A stretch of DNA of 64,000 nucleotides from Alphaproteobacteria bacterium (GTDB lineage: Bacteria > Pseudomonadota > Alphaproteobacteria > SHVV01), in NCBI GenBank assembly GCA_965261735.1, contig OZ253470.1:224001-288000 (forward strand). Reading direction: 5' to 3'. Shown here one piece after another: positions 40,178 to 50,455 of this stretch; the first letter of the stretch is position 1; every line of letters starts with the position of its first letter. The notes under the pieces are model-generated. The model worked only from the letters and a program-made list of their open reading frames with translations, did no database searches and was not told the origin of the DNA. The translations under genes were made by a program, and so were the position numbers.

Positions 40178-41505
40178 TGGCCGCCCATGCCCGCTCGGAA
40201 TCCGCCCGGCGCGTCAGCGACTGCGTGACCGCGCTGCTGCGCGACCAGCCCTTCTTCGGCAGCCTGGCATTGCGCCTTCCGATCCGCGCCGACGCAACCC
40301 GCGAGACCCTGGCCAGCGACGGCAAGGATATCCGCTATGCGCCCCAATGGGTGGCGGACACCGACGCCGACCGGATCAAGACCGCGCTTGCGCGCGTGGT
40401 CCTGGCCTGTGCGTTGAAGCATCACACCCGGCGGGGCGGCCGCGACCCGGAGCGCTGGCAACGGGCCTCGCAGCTGGTCACCCACGGCCTGCTGCGGGAC
40501 GCGGGCTTCGTACTGCCGCCAGAGGCTGAAGCCTGGGATGGCATCAGCGCCGAGCAGGCCTACGACCGGCTTCCCGAACCTCAGGACGACGCGCTGGAGC
40601 CGGACGACGCTTCTTCATCCGGGGACCAGGATGGCGGCGGGGGCCTTCAATCCGGCGACAACGACCCATCCGATCCAACCGATGACGGCAGTCCGCAAGA
40701 GCAGGACGAATCGGGTGCAAATAATGGTAACCCGGGTTCGAAACCGTCCGGGCAGATGCCCGCCAGCCACGACCCTTGCGGCACCGGCGAGGTCATGGAC
40801 GCGGACGAGCGCCGCGACGACACCGGCCAGTCCGGCGAGTCGCCGGTGGACACGCCCGCCGAGGAGCAGGCTTGGGACGAGGCCATGCACCAGGCCGCGA
40901 GCCTCGCCCGGGCGCAAGGCAATGCGCCGGGCGCCGTCGAAGAGACGATCCGCCACGCGCACCGGAGCATCCTCGACTGGCGGTCGCTCTTGCGCCGCTA
41001 CATGACCGATGCCGCGCGCCGCGATTATAGCTGGAGCGTTCCCAACCGGCGTTTCATCGACAGCGGCCTCTATCTGCCCTCGATGCACGCGGAGGGCATC
41101 GATACCATCGCCATCATCATCGACACCTCCGGCTCGCTGCCGGGCGAAACGCTGGCCCTGTTCTGGGCCGAGGTCCGCGAGATCGCCGCCGAACTGCAAC
41201 CGGACAGCATCTTCGTCCTTCAGGTCGACGCGGTGCTGCAGGACGCGGCCGAGTATTCCGCCGGGGATCTGCCCAACAGCATCTCGATCAAGGGGCGCGG
41301 CGGGACCGATTTCCGGCCCGGCTTCGCGTGGCTCCATGAGCAAGGGGTGCGTCCAGGCTGCTGCCTCTACCTGACCGACATGGAATGCGACAGCTACCCC
41401 GAGGCGGCGCCCCTATATCCTGTGGCCTGGTGCGTCTGGGGATCCCCACACGGCGATCGATACCGCGAGCCCTGGGGCGAGCGCATCGACATCGGACCGG
41501 CCTGA
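40177..41505 (+). CDS. DUF2201 (metallopeptidase-like N-domain + VWA) protein
   Basis: QPFFGSL, LDWRSLL..YSWSVPNRR, IDTSGS (MIDAS), GRGGTDF and YLTDM motifs. Confidence 0.88.
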   Translation: MAAHARSESARRVSDCVTALLRDQPFFGSLALRLPIRADATRETLASDGKDIRYAPQWVADTDADRIKTALARVVLACALKHHTRRGGRDPERWQRASQLVTHGLLRDAGFVLPPEAEAWDGISAEQAYDRLPEPQDDALEPDDASSSGDQDGGGGLQSGDNDPSDPTDDGSPQEQDESGANNGNPGSKPSGQMPASHDPCGTGEVMDADERRDDTGQSGESPVDTPAEEQAWDEAMHQAASLARAQGNAPGAVEETIRHAHRSILDWRSLLRRYMTDAARRDYSWSVPNRRFIDSGLYLPSMHAEGIDTIAIIIDTSGSLPGETLALFWAEVREIAAELQPDSIFVLQVDAVLQDAAEYSAGDLPNSISIKGRGGTDFRPGFAWLHEQGVRPGCCLYLTDMECDSYPEAAPLYPVAWCVWGSPHGDRYREPWGERIDIGPA

Positions 41506-41698
41506 TACCGCGGGCCGCGCCCGCGTAATCCTCCATATCCGTGCTCCCGCCCGCAAGGAGACGGGTTGCGCTGAGGCCGGGTGAACCGGGGCCGGGAGAG
41601 CGAGGACACCGGCTTCCGGCGCCACCCGGCCCTTCGCCGGAGCCGTAAGGCCCCGGGGCTCCGATTCCGGCCCGCTCTTTCCAATTGGGAGATTATTC

Positions 41699-44600
41699 AT
41701 GCTCGACGCCCAACCGGCGGCGAACGCCCCCGCGCGTCCGCCTGCCATCCAGCAGCTTCAACCATCCCCAGCGATTGCCGATACCACAGGCGTTCGCTCC
41801 AAGCCTGCCGCGTTGCTGGCCGCCGCAACCGCTCTGCTTCCCAGCCTGGAGGCGGGCCGCGCGCTCGATGCAAAGACCCTGCGCGAAGCCATGAGCGCGG
41901 CCTTCGGCGCCAATGACACGCAAGGAGCCTGGGTCTGGAAGGACGCCTACGAAGCGGCCGAGGCCGCAATGGTGCTGTTCATCCAGCGTTACGGCCGCCT
42001 CATGCGCCGCGAGGCCGGCGCCGGACCCGGATCCGCCGCCGCCATGCTCGCCATGCTGGAGACCCTGGCGGCGCTGGAGCCGTCCCAGACAAGGCGGTCG
42101 GAAGAACAGCTTGCCCTGCAACAGTTCTCCACCCCCTTGCCGCTCGCCTACGCCGCGCTGCAAGCCGCCGCCATCCGGCCCGGCGACATCGTGCTGGAGC
42201 CCTCGGCCGGCACCGGCATGCTCGCCGTCATGGCCGAATGCGCGCTCGGCAAGCACACCGGCGGCGCACGATCGGGGAATCCCCTGCACCTGAACGAGAT
42301 TGCCGTCGTCCGCGCCCGGTTGCTCTCAGGCCTGTTCGCGCACGCACCGGTGACCCGTCACAACGCCGAGGCCATCGCCGACTATCTGCCGGGCCTGCGT
42401 CCCACCGTGGTGTTGATGAACCCGCCGTTTTCGGCGAGCCCTGGGGTCCAGCGCACCCGTCATGACGCGGATTTGTGCCACCTCCGTTCCGCCTTTTCCA
42501 TGCTCCCGGCGGGCGGGCGGCTGGTGGCGATCACGTCGGCCGGCTGCATCCCGGGCGATGCCGCCTGGAGCCGCGCCTTCGAGCGCCTCGATCCGCCGCC
42601 GCGCACCGTCTTTTCCATCGCCATCGACGGGCGCGCCTACGCACGGCGCGGCACGACCTTCGATACCCGGCTAACCGTAATCGATCGCACGAACGCATCC
42701 GGCGTTCCGATCAACGCGCGGGAATCCGTCCCCACCGCCGCCGGGTTGCTTGCAGCTATCGCCGCCAATGTGCCGCAGCGGCAGGCGGCCGTGCCAATAG
42801 CCGCTGCCCTTGTTCCGGCCGGCGATCTGTTCGGCCATGCCGCCGCACGGCCGGCCCCGCGTAAGCGGGCAGCGGCCACCGCGCCCAACACCAGACCCGC
42901 AGACCCGCAAGTCCGCGATTGGGGGCCGGTGGCCGAACTCGACTACGAAACTTCACCCGCCAACCCTGAAGGCAAGGCGACCGAACCGGAGGCCGCCCAT
43001 GCCGGGGTCTACGAGCCCTGGCATCCCCGGACCGCGCGCATTCCCGGCGCATGCGAACATCCGACGCCGCTGGTGCAATCCGCCGCCATGGCGGCGGTGC
43101 CCCATCCTGTGCCGGCCTACCGCCCGATGCTGCCCGTGCGTGTCGTGACGGACGAACTTCTGTCCGACGCCCAGCTCGAAAGCGTCATCCTCGCCGGTCA
43201 GGCCCATGATCGTCATCTTTCCGCGCTCTATCGCATCGGCGAGAGTTGGGAGACCGTGGCGCGTGTCGCCGACAATGAAGATGACAACGGCGATGACGGC
43301 AATAGCGTCCCGGAGACCGCCAATAAATCAGATAAGGGCGAAGCCGTAAGCGCCGGTCTTGAACCCGCCACCGATGCCACCGGCGATGGTGAAGCGCTGT
43401 CCGCGCCGGTGCGTTTCCGGCGCGGCTGGATGCTGGGCGACGGCACCGGCTGCGGCAAGGGCCGCCAGGTTGCGGCCATCATTCTCGACCACTGGCTGCG
43501 CGGCCGCCGCCGGGCGCTGTGGCTGTCCGCCTCCGACAAGCTGCTGGAGGACGCCCGCCGCGACTGGGCCGCGATCGGCGGCAGCGAGGCCGACATCATC
43601 CCGTTGGGCAAGTTCCGCCAGGGGGCCGATATTCCGCAACAGGCCGGGATCCTGTTCGCCACCTATGCAACCTTGCGCTCGCCTGCCCGCCAGGGAAAAC
43701 GCTCCCGCCTCGAACAGATCGTCGGCTGGCTCGCGGACGGGATGAATGAAGACTCCCGCCATGCCTATGGCGGCGTCATCGTCTTCGACGAGGCCCATGC
43801 CATGGCCAACGCCGCCGGGTCCAAGGGGTCGCGGGGCGATACGGCGCCCTCGCAACAGGGCCGCGCCGGATTGCGTTTGCAGAACGCCCTGCCCGATGCC
43901 CGTATCCTCTATGTCTCCGCCACCGGCGCTACCACCGTGCCCGGTCTTGCCTATGCGCGGCGCCTTGGCCTGTGGGGCGGCGCGGATACGGGTGGCGAGA
44001 CGCCCTTCGAGCAACGCACCGATTTCGTCACCGCCATGGAGGCCGGCGGGGTCGCGGCGATGGAGGTGGTGGCCCGCGATCTGAAGGCGCTCGGCCTCTA
44101 CCAGGCGCGCGCGCTCAGCTATGACGGGGTCGAGGTCGAGCTGCTCGAACATCCCCTGACACCCGAACAGCGGCGCATCTACGACGCCTATGCCGGCGCC
44201 TTCAAGGTGATTCACCGCAATATAGAAGACGCCTTGAAAGCCACCGGCATCATGGAGGGCGATGCCACCCTGAACAAGAACGCCAAGTCCGCCGCGCTGT
44301 CGGCCTTCGAGGGCGCGAAGCAGCGTTTCTTCGGCCATCTCCTGACCGCCATGAAATGCCCCTCGCTGATTCGGTCCGTGGAGGCCGATCTCGAGTCCGG
44401 TCATGCCTGCGTCATCCAGCTGGTCTCCACCGGCGAGGCTTTGCTGGACCGGCGTATCGCCGATATCCCCGTCTCGGAATGGGACGACATCTCCGTCGAC
44501 CTGACGCCGAGGGAGGCGTGCCTGGAATATCTGGCGCACGCCTTCCCGGTGCAATTGCAGGAACCCTTCACCGACGACGAGGGCAATCTCATGTCGCGGC

Positions 44601-46309
44601 CCGTGACCGACGCCGAGGGCAACCCGGTCCTGTGCCAGGAAGCAGTCGCTGCGCGAGACGCGTTGATCGAGAAGCTCGCGGCATTGCCGCCGGTGCAGGC
44701 GGCGCTCGACCAGATTCTGCACCGCTTCGGCGGCGAGGCCGTCGCCGAGGTCACCGGACGCTCCCGCCGGGTCTTGCGCATCGCCGATTCATCCGGCGAG
44801 CGCCTGGCGCTGCGCAACCGTCCGGCGTCGGCCAACCTCGCCGAGACCGCCGCCTTCATGGCGAGCGATAAACGCATCCTCGTCTTCTCCATGGCCGGCG
44901 GCACCGGGCGCAGCTATCACGCCGATCTTGGTTGCGGCAACACTGCGCGGCGTATCCATTACCTGCTGGAGCCGGGCTGGCGGGCCGACCAGGCGATCCA
45001 GGGCCTGGGCCGCACCCATCGAACGCACCAGGCCTCGGCCCCTCTGTTCCGCCCCGTGACCACGGACGTGAAGGGCGAGCGCCGCTTCATTGCCACCATT
45101 GCCCGGCGTCTCGACAGCCTCGGCGCCATCACCCGGGGACAGCGGGACAGCCAGACCGCCATGGGCGGCGGCGACGCCACCCTGTTCCGGGCCAGCGACA
45201 ATCTGGAGAGCCCCTACGCCAAGGTGGCGCTGCGCCAGTTCTACATCGCGCTGTGGCGCGGCAACATAGCGGGCTGGTCCATGGACCGCTTCGAGGACGC
45301 CACCGGGTTGAAGCTCATCTGGGAGGGCTCTCTCAAGGAAGACCTGCCGCCGATGCCCCGGTTCCTCAACCGCCTGCTGGCCCTGCCTATCGCCGAGCAG
45401 AACGAACTGTTCGCCGAGCTGGAAACCCGCATCGAGGCCAACATCGAACAGGCCATCGAGGCCGGGACCCACGAGCAGGGCGTCGAGACCATCCGGGCCG
45501 ACTCGCTCTGCATCGCCTCACGCGAGGCGGTTCACGTTCATGAAGCCTCGGGCGCCGCCACCGAGCTTGTCGAGATCGCCCGCCGCGACCGGCTCGTGCC
45601 GCTGGCGGCCGAAGATGCGCTTGCCCTGCGCGACGGGCGGCCCGTCATCAACTCCCGCTCGAAGCGCGCCGCCGTTGTTCTGCCCGCGCCGTCGCGGATG
45701 TTCGAGGACGGCGGGGTCGAGGCCCGGATCCGCCTGGTCCGTCCCGCCGCCCGCGAGCCCATGGCCGCGGCCGAGCTTGCCGCCTCGAACTGGGAGGATG
45801 CGCACGGGGATAGCTGGCGCGCCTTGTGGGATGCGGAGATCGAAGGGCTGCCCAGCCACACCGAATCCCGCCTGTGGCTGGTCACCGGCCTGCTGCTCCC
45901 CATATGGGACCGGCTGCCGGGCGAGAACATGCGGGTGCGCCGGCTTGCGACCGACGCCGGGGAAAGCCTGCTCGGCCGGGTTCTGACGCCCGAGCAGGCG
46001 CACGCCTTCCGGGACGCCTTCGGGCTGGCCGGGGGACCGGTCATGAGTTCGGCCGAGATGCACGAGGCGATCCTGACCCGCGGCGCGTCCTTCGATCTCG
46101 CCAATGGCTGGCGCCTCGCAAGGCGGCGCCTGATGGGCGCCGAGCGCGTGGAGATCGAGGGGCCGGCCGACAACGATCTTGCGGCGCTCAAGCGTATGGG
46201 TTGCACCACCGAGATCGTCTCATGGCGGACCCGTGTGTTCGTGCCCGAATACATCGACCTCGACCGCATCCTTGGACGCTGGCCGCTCGCCAATACCAAC
46301 CCGGTGTAA
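41699..46309 (+). CDS. Strawberry-notch family methyltransferase-helicase
   Basis: QQFSTP, LEPSAGTG, MNPPF, LGDGTGCGKGR, FDEAH, SATG, AGGTGRSYHA and QGLGRTHR motifs. Confidence 0.92.
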   Translation: MLDAQPAANAPARPPAIQQLQPSPAIADTTGVRSKPAALLAAATALLPSLEAGRALDAKTLREAMSAAFGANDTQGAWVWKDAYEAAEAAMVLFIQRYGRLMRREAGAGPGSAAAMLAMLETLAALEPSQTRRSEEQLALQQFSTPLPLAYAALQAAAIRPGDIVLEPSAGTGMLAVMAECALGKHTGGARSGNPLHLNEIAVVRARLLSGLFAHAPVTRHNAEAIADYLPGLRPTVVLMNPPFSASPGVQRTRHDADLCHLRSAFSMLPAGGRLVAITSAGCIPGDAAWSRAFERLDPPPRTVFSIAIDGRAYARRGTTFDTRLTVIDRTNASGVPINARESVPTAAGLLAAIAANVPQRQAAVPIAAALVPAGDLFGHAAARPAPRKRAAATAPNTRPADPQVRDWGPVAELDYETSPANPEGKATEPEAAHAGVYEPWHPRTARIPGACEHPTPLVQSAAMAAVPHPVPAYRPMLPVRVVTDELLSDAQLESVILAGQAHDRHLSALYRIGESWETVARVADNEDDNGDDGNSVPETANKSDKGEAVSAGLEPATDATGDGEALSAPVRFRRGWMLGDGTGCGKGRQVAAIILDHWLRGRRRALWLSASDKLLEDARRDWAAIGGSEADIIPLGKFRQGADIPQQAGILFATYATLRSPARQGKRSRLEQIVGWLADGMNEDSRHAYGGVIVFDEAHAMANAAGSKGSRGDTAPSQQGRAGLRLQNALPDARILYVSATGATTVPGLAYARRLGLWGGADTGGETPFEQRTDFVTAMEAGGVAAMEVVARDLKALGLYQARALSYDGVEVELLEHPLTPEQRRIYDAYAGAFKVIHRNIEDALKATGIMEGDATLNKNAKSAALSAFEGAKQRFFGHLLTAMKCPSLIRSVEADLESGHACVIQLVSTGEALLDRRIADIPVSEWDDISVDLTPREACLEYLAHAFPVQLQEPFTDDEGNLMSRPVTDAEGNPVLCQEAVAARDALIEKLAALPPVQAALDQILHRFGGEAVAEVTGRSRRVLRIADSSGERLALRNRPASANLAETAAFMASDKRILVFSMAGGTGRSYHADLGCGNTARRIHYLLEPGWRADQAIQGLGRTHRTHQASAPLFRPVTTDVKGERRFIATIARRLDSLGAITRGQRDSQTAMGGGDATLFRASDNLESPYAKVALRQFYIALWRGNIAGWSMDRFEDATGLKLIWEGSLKEDLPPMPRFLNRLLALPIAEQNELFAELETRIEANIEQAIEAGTHEQGVETIRADSLCIASREAVHVHEASGAATELVEIARRDRLVPLAAEDALALRDGRPVINSRSKRAAVVLPAPSRMFEDGGVEARIRLVRPAAREPMAAAELAASNWEDAHGDSWRALWDAEIEGLPSHTESRLWLVTGLLLPIWDRLPGENMRVRRLATDAGESLLGRVLTPEQAHAFRDAFGLAGGPVMSSAEMHEAILTRGASFDLANGWRLARRRLMGAERVEIEGPADNDLAALKRMGCTTEIVSWRTRVFVPEYIDLDRILGRWPLANTNPV

Positions 46310-46449
46310 ATCCGCACGCTCCCGCCCTGTTTCCGGTGCGGGGGCGTCCGAACGCTTGGCTCCACCCGCTACGCGCGCTTCCGGGAATTTGCGCCTTTGC
46401 GCCGCCCGCGGGCACGAACGGTCCAACCCGCCATATGGAGGATATCGCC

Positions 46450-46707
46450 ATGACATCCCATACGCTGCCCGACGATCCCGTCTACGCGTTTTGTCCCGCT
46501 TATGACTTTGACAACATGCCGCAACAGATACGAATCGTTTTCGCCGATATCCCGGGCTACGTCCCCACGGCGTTGGTGGGACTCACACTCGACGATGCGG
46601 AGCGGATTTGTGATCGCCTGAACGCCAAGCTCGGACTCGACCGGGATGCCTGGTCCACCATCGCCGGCCGGTCCATGTCCGCCGCCCGCGATGAAGCCAC
46701 CCATTGA
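46450..46707 (+). CDS. Small hypothetical protein
   Basis: GGAGG RBS + ATG; 85 codons. Confidence 0.65.
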   Translation: MTSHTLPDDPVYAFCPAYDFDNMPQQIRIVFADIPGYVPTALVGLTLDDAERICDRLNAKLGLDRDAWSTIAGRSMSAARDEATH

Positions 46708-46822
46708 ACCCAACAAGATGTAGAGGCCGAGGGCAGCGCGGCAGGGGTGATCCGGGCGGTGCACGGGAGCCAATTCTCCCGGCATCGCCGCCATTCTGTC
46801 ATGCAATCCACGGAGGAACCCG

Positions 46823-47137
46823 ATGTTCGACACCCTCGCACCACGCTCCACGACCGGCGAGTTCGAAACCATGCCCGGCGCCCGGCCCGATCCCGGCGGG
46901 TTCCTGCCGGAAGCCCGGACCGGCGCACGCGAAGCCGCTGCCCACATGAAGGATCTGGCGGAACGCTTCACCGGGCTGCGGAACGCCATCATGTGTCTGT
47001 CCGGCAACCCGTCCCGCGACGACCGCGCCGGGCTCCGCCACCGGCTTCTCCATCTCGAGAACACCCTGATGAGCGCGAGGGGCAGCCTCGACGACGTCAT
47101 CATCGCCATCATGGACGCCAACGACGCGGCGCGTTGA
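46823..47137 (+). CDS. Small helical hypothetical protein
   Basis: GGAGGA RBS + ATG; co-oriented with neighbours. Confidence 0.6.
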   Translation: MFDTLAPRSTTGEFETMPGARPDPGGFLPEARTGAREAAAHMKDLAERFTGLRNAIMCLSGNPSRDDRAGLRHRLLHLENTLMSARGSLDDVIIAIMDANDAAR

Positions 47138-47301
47138 CCCCCGTCGAACCCGCATCCGGCGCATCCCGGCAGGCTGGCCGGCAATCGGGGCTCGGCCCCG
47201 GCTTCCCGAACCACATCCCTGCGTTGTTGTTCCGCCGGAAAGTGCAGAGCTTCCTCCGACCGAACGGATTGCCAGGCAGTCACGGAAAGGCAAGCATAAA
47301 G

Positions 47302-47910
47302 ATGTTGAAACGAATTCGTAGAAACCACGGGCGGCTGGTGGCAATGGTTATTGCTGTTGCCGCGCTTGCATTACCCGGCCTCGCGGACCGCGCCGGGCTC
47401 CTCGCCGCGGCCTTGCAGGACCCGGACACGTGGCGCGGTCTTGCCGTAGCCCCCGAACATCGCTGCGCGCCCTACAACCGCGCCGATTATCCCTACCCGC
47501 AATCGATCGAAGCGCGGATCGTCGGCGCCCAGGGCGGTGTGATCTACGGTCCGTATAGCGGCCGATCATTCCGGACCACCTTCGAGACCGATATCGAACA
47601 CATCGTTGCCGTCTCCGAAGCCCATGACAGCGGCTTATGCGCCGCCGATCCCGAAACCCGGCGCCGCTTCGCCACCGACCTGCTCAATCTCACCCTGGCC
47701 AGCCCTGAGATGAACCGTTGCGGCAAATCCGGCAAATGCGCCTTCGATGCAGCGCAATGGCTGCCGCCAATGAACCAATGCTGGTTTGCCGCCCGCATCG
47801 TCGCGGTTCGGCTCAAATACCGCCTCACCGTGGATCGGCGCGAAGCCGCCGCCCTGGAACGCGTACTCTCGGACTGCGCATCGACGTCCATGATCGTCAT
47901 CGGCGAATAA
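47302..47910 (+). CDS. Secreted or membrane-anchored HNH (DUF1524-like) nuclease
   Basis: N-terminal hydrophobic segment; TDIEHIV..AHDSG..FATDLLNL..N..KSG..DAAQWLP. Confidence 0.8.
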   Translation: MLKRIRRNHGRLVAMVIAVAALALPGLADRAGLLAAALQDPDTWRGLAVAPEHRCAPYNRADYPYPQSIEARIVGAQGGVIYGPYSGRSFRTTFETDIEHIVAVSEAHDSGLCAADPETRRRFATDLLNLTLASPEMNRCGKSGKCAFDAAQWLPPMNQCWFAARIVAVRLKYRLTVDRREAAALERVLSDCASTSMIVIGE

Positions 47911-48131
47911 GCACCGAATACGCATTCGCGGCCATCCGGCCGATACCGCTTCACGGCCTCGGCATCTTACGCGTGTGGGGGATACTGCCGCGTATTGCCA
48001 GGAAACTCTCCGGCCTGCCTCGACCAACGTGCAAGAGAGTTTGAGGAAGGCAAAGAGAAGGGCGACGCGCCCAAGGGATAAAGAGAGTTCCCTCCGGGCG
48101 GTGTCTCAACCCTATCAACCGGAGATGCCAG

Positions 48132-48323
48132 ATGTTCGATTCCAGACCTGCCTCGACCGAGTCCAACGACACCCTTTTCAATCCCGGCAGCACAAGCGAT
48201 GCCGATCCCGGCTTCGCCGCACCTCTTCCCGATGCCGGCGCGCTGCTGGCCGCGGTCGGAATGCCGGCCCACGCGATCCGCGAAGTTCTCGCCTCCCGAA
48301 CCTACACCGGCGCGGACGGCTGA
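48132..48323 (+). CDS. Small hypothetical protein
   Basis: GGAG RBS; 63 aa upstream of ssb. Confidence 0.4.
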   Translation: MFDSRPASTESNDTLFNPGSTSDADPGFAAPLPDAGALLAAVGMPAHAIREVLASRTYTGADG

Positions 48324-48429
48324 ATAGAGGAAGAGGGGGGCTTAGAGAAGTGTGAAGGGGGAAGGGTCGAGAGAGGCCTGACCCCGTTCGCTAACCCGAT
48401 GTCATAACCCGGATCATAGGAGATTGATC

Positions 48430-48867
48430 ATGTTCGGACTGAATAACGCCCAGTTGATCGGACGCCTCGGCGCCGACGCCACCATCAGCCACCTCACCAA
48501 CGGCGGCCGTGTCGCCAATGTCTCGATCGCGACCGATGAAAGCTTCCTCGACAAAAATTCCGGTGACAAGGTGGACCGCACCGAGTGGCACCGCATCGTC
48601 ACCTTCCAGGAGGGCTTGGTGGAGATGATGGAGAAGCACGCGAAGAAGGGCCGCCTGGTCTACGTCTCGGGCAAGCTCCAGACCCGCAAGTGGCGCAAGG
48701 ACGGCGAGGACAGCGACCGGTTCTCGACCGAGATCCTGCTGGTCCCCGGCGGCAGAGTCCAATTCTTAGACAAGCCGAACGGCAACGGCGCGCCGGCGAT
48801 GAACGGCAAGACCGTGCCTTCCGCCGAAACCGCCGCGACGGTGGTTGACAGCGAAATTCCGTTCTAG
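48430..48867 (+). CDS. ssb: Single-stranded DNA-binding protein
   Basis: LNNAQLIGRLGAD, TEWHRIV, KGRLVYVSGKLQTRKW; C-terminal DSEIPF. Confidence 0.95.
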   Translation: MFGLNNAQLIGRLGADATISHLTNGGRVANVSIATDESFLDKNSGDKVDRTEWHRIVTFQEGLVEMMEKHAKKGRLVYVSGKLQTRKWRKDGEDSDRFSTEILLVPGGRVQFLDKPNGNGAPAMNGKTVPSAETAATVVDSEIPF

Positions 48868-48894
48868 CGGGCTTCCTCCCTCCCGCATAACTCA

Positions 48895-48938
48895 GGGCCA
48901 GTCCCCGCCAAGTTGGCATGGGGCTGGCCCTTTTTTTG
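48895..48938 (+). terminator. Rho-independent terminator
   Basis: GGGCCAGTCCC...GGGGCTGGCCC followed by T8. Confidence 0.8.
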
Positions 48939-49129
48939 GAGTCCCGTTCGAGCCCGCCTCTACAGCGTTCTAAAAGCCTGCACGCGGAGCGGCCGCGCTA
49001 CGCGCTCCGCTCTCGCGGCCCTCACCGTCAAGAGTTCGCGGCGGGCCTGAAGGGGGCGTCCCGCAAAAGGCACGAGAGGTTCCCCATGCAACCGTTTCAC
49101 GCCATCGCTCCCCTAAGGGATCGCACCTC

Positions 49130-50167
49130 ATGAACGCCACTGAAATCGCCGCCGCGTTAAGCACACGGGCCGAAGATGTATGCCGCCGCTACCTTCCCCG
49201 CGGACGCAGGCAGGGCAGATACTGGACCATCGGCGACACAAGCGGCGCCAAAGGGCGCTCGCTCTTCGTGCGCCTGGCGCCTCCAGGCATACCCGGTAAA
49301 TGGACTGACGCCGCGACCAACGAGCATGGCGATCTGCTCGATCTCATCCGTCTGCACTCCGGCGGAGCATCGCTGCGGCACGCCATGGAGGAGGCCCTCG
49401 CGTTCCTCTCATTACCGCGGTCCACTCCCGACAATGGCGGCAATCACGCCGGCGGCTATGACCGCGAAGAAGCAGCGCGCCGCCTTTGGCGGCGTTGCCG
49501 GCCCATCGATGGCACCCATGCGGAAGCCTATCTGCACGCCCGCGCCATCGGCCATTGTCGCTTCCCGGCCCTGCGGTTTCATCTCGATCTCATCCATCGT
49601 GCAGATGACGGCATCCACCGCCTCCCGGCACTTGTCGCCGCCGTCACCGGCGATGATGGCGCTATCGAGGGCGTGCAACGCACCTGGCTCGATCCCAAGC
49701 TACCCGAGAAAGCCAACCTCGCCCGCCCTCGCAAAGCGCTTGGGCGCGTCTACGGCCGGGCCGTGCGCTTCGGCGGGTCTGCCTCCGGCGCGACCCTGCT
49801 TGCCGGCGAGGGCATCGAAACCGTTCTATCGCTGGTCACCGCCGTCCCCGGCATTCATGCCGCAGCGGCTCTATCGGCGGGCAGTCTCGGCGCCTTCGAA
49901 CCGCCCCAAGACCTCGCGCTGTTGATCATCGCCCGCGATAAAGACATGGAAGGCGGGCACGCCGCAAACCGTCTTCAGCGCCGTTGCGTGGAACGCAGCA
50001 TTCCCTCAATCGTGATCGTTCCCGAACACTGCGATTTTAATGACGATCTCTTTGCCTTCGGAGAAGAAACCCTCGCGGCTCGAATCGAGCCCCTTATTGC
50101 AAGCACCGAGTCCGGGGAAACGGTGGAAGAGAGGCGTGGGAGTGGGAGAATAATTAGCCCGTCATGA
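49130..50167 (+). CDS. Toprim-domain primase-like protein
   Basis: GKWTDAAT.EHGDLLDLI, VQRTWL, GEGIET, ARDKD and DFNDDL motifs. Confidence 0.88.
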   Translation: MNATEIAAALSTRAEDVCRRYLPRGRRQGRYWTIGDTSGAKGRSLFVRLAPPGIPGKWTDAATNEHGDLLDLIRLHSGGASLRHAMEEALAFLSLPRSTPDNGGNHAGGYDREEAARRLWRRCRPIDGTHAEAYLHARAIGHCRFPALRFHLDLIHRADDGIHRLPALVAAVTGDDGAIEGVQRTWLDPKLPEKANLARPRKALGRVYGRAVRFGGSASGATLLAGEGIETVLSLVTAVPGIHAAAALSAGSLGAFEPPQDLALLIIARDKDMEGGHAANRLQRRCVERSIPSIVIVPEHCDFNDDLFAFGEETLAARIEPLIASTESGETVEERRGSGRIISPS

Positions 50168-50455
50168 TGGCTCATTGTCCCACACGTTCTCGCTGTGCCA
50201 ACCCCTGCGGGGTCCTCCACTCCGCTTACGCTCCGTTGCGGCGATAGCTCGTAATGCCACGCCGCTGCGCGGCTAGCGCCGGTGGAATACGCGACCGTGG
50301 CTCGCTCGCTCCGCTCCCTGCGCCCGCACCACTCGCCCATCCCCCCAGCGCAGGCATTCCGGCCATCGTGGCTCCGCTGCGAGCGCGTGATCCAAAGAGT
50401 CATCACGACGGGGCATCCCGCCTCGGAGGATAGCAACATTGCAGTGGAGAGAATC

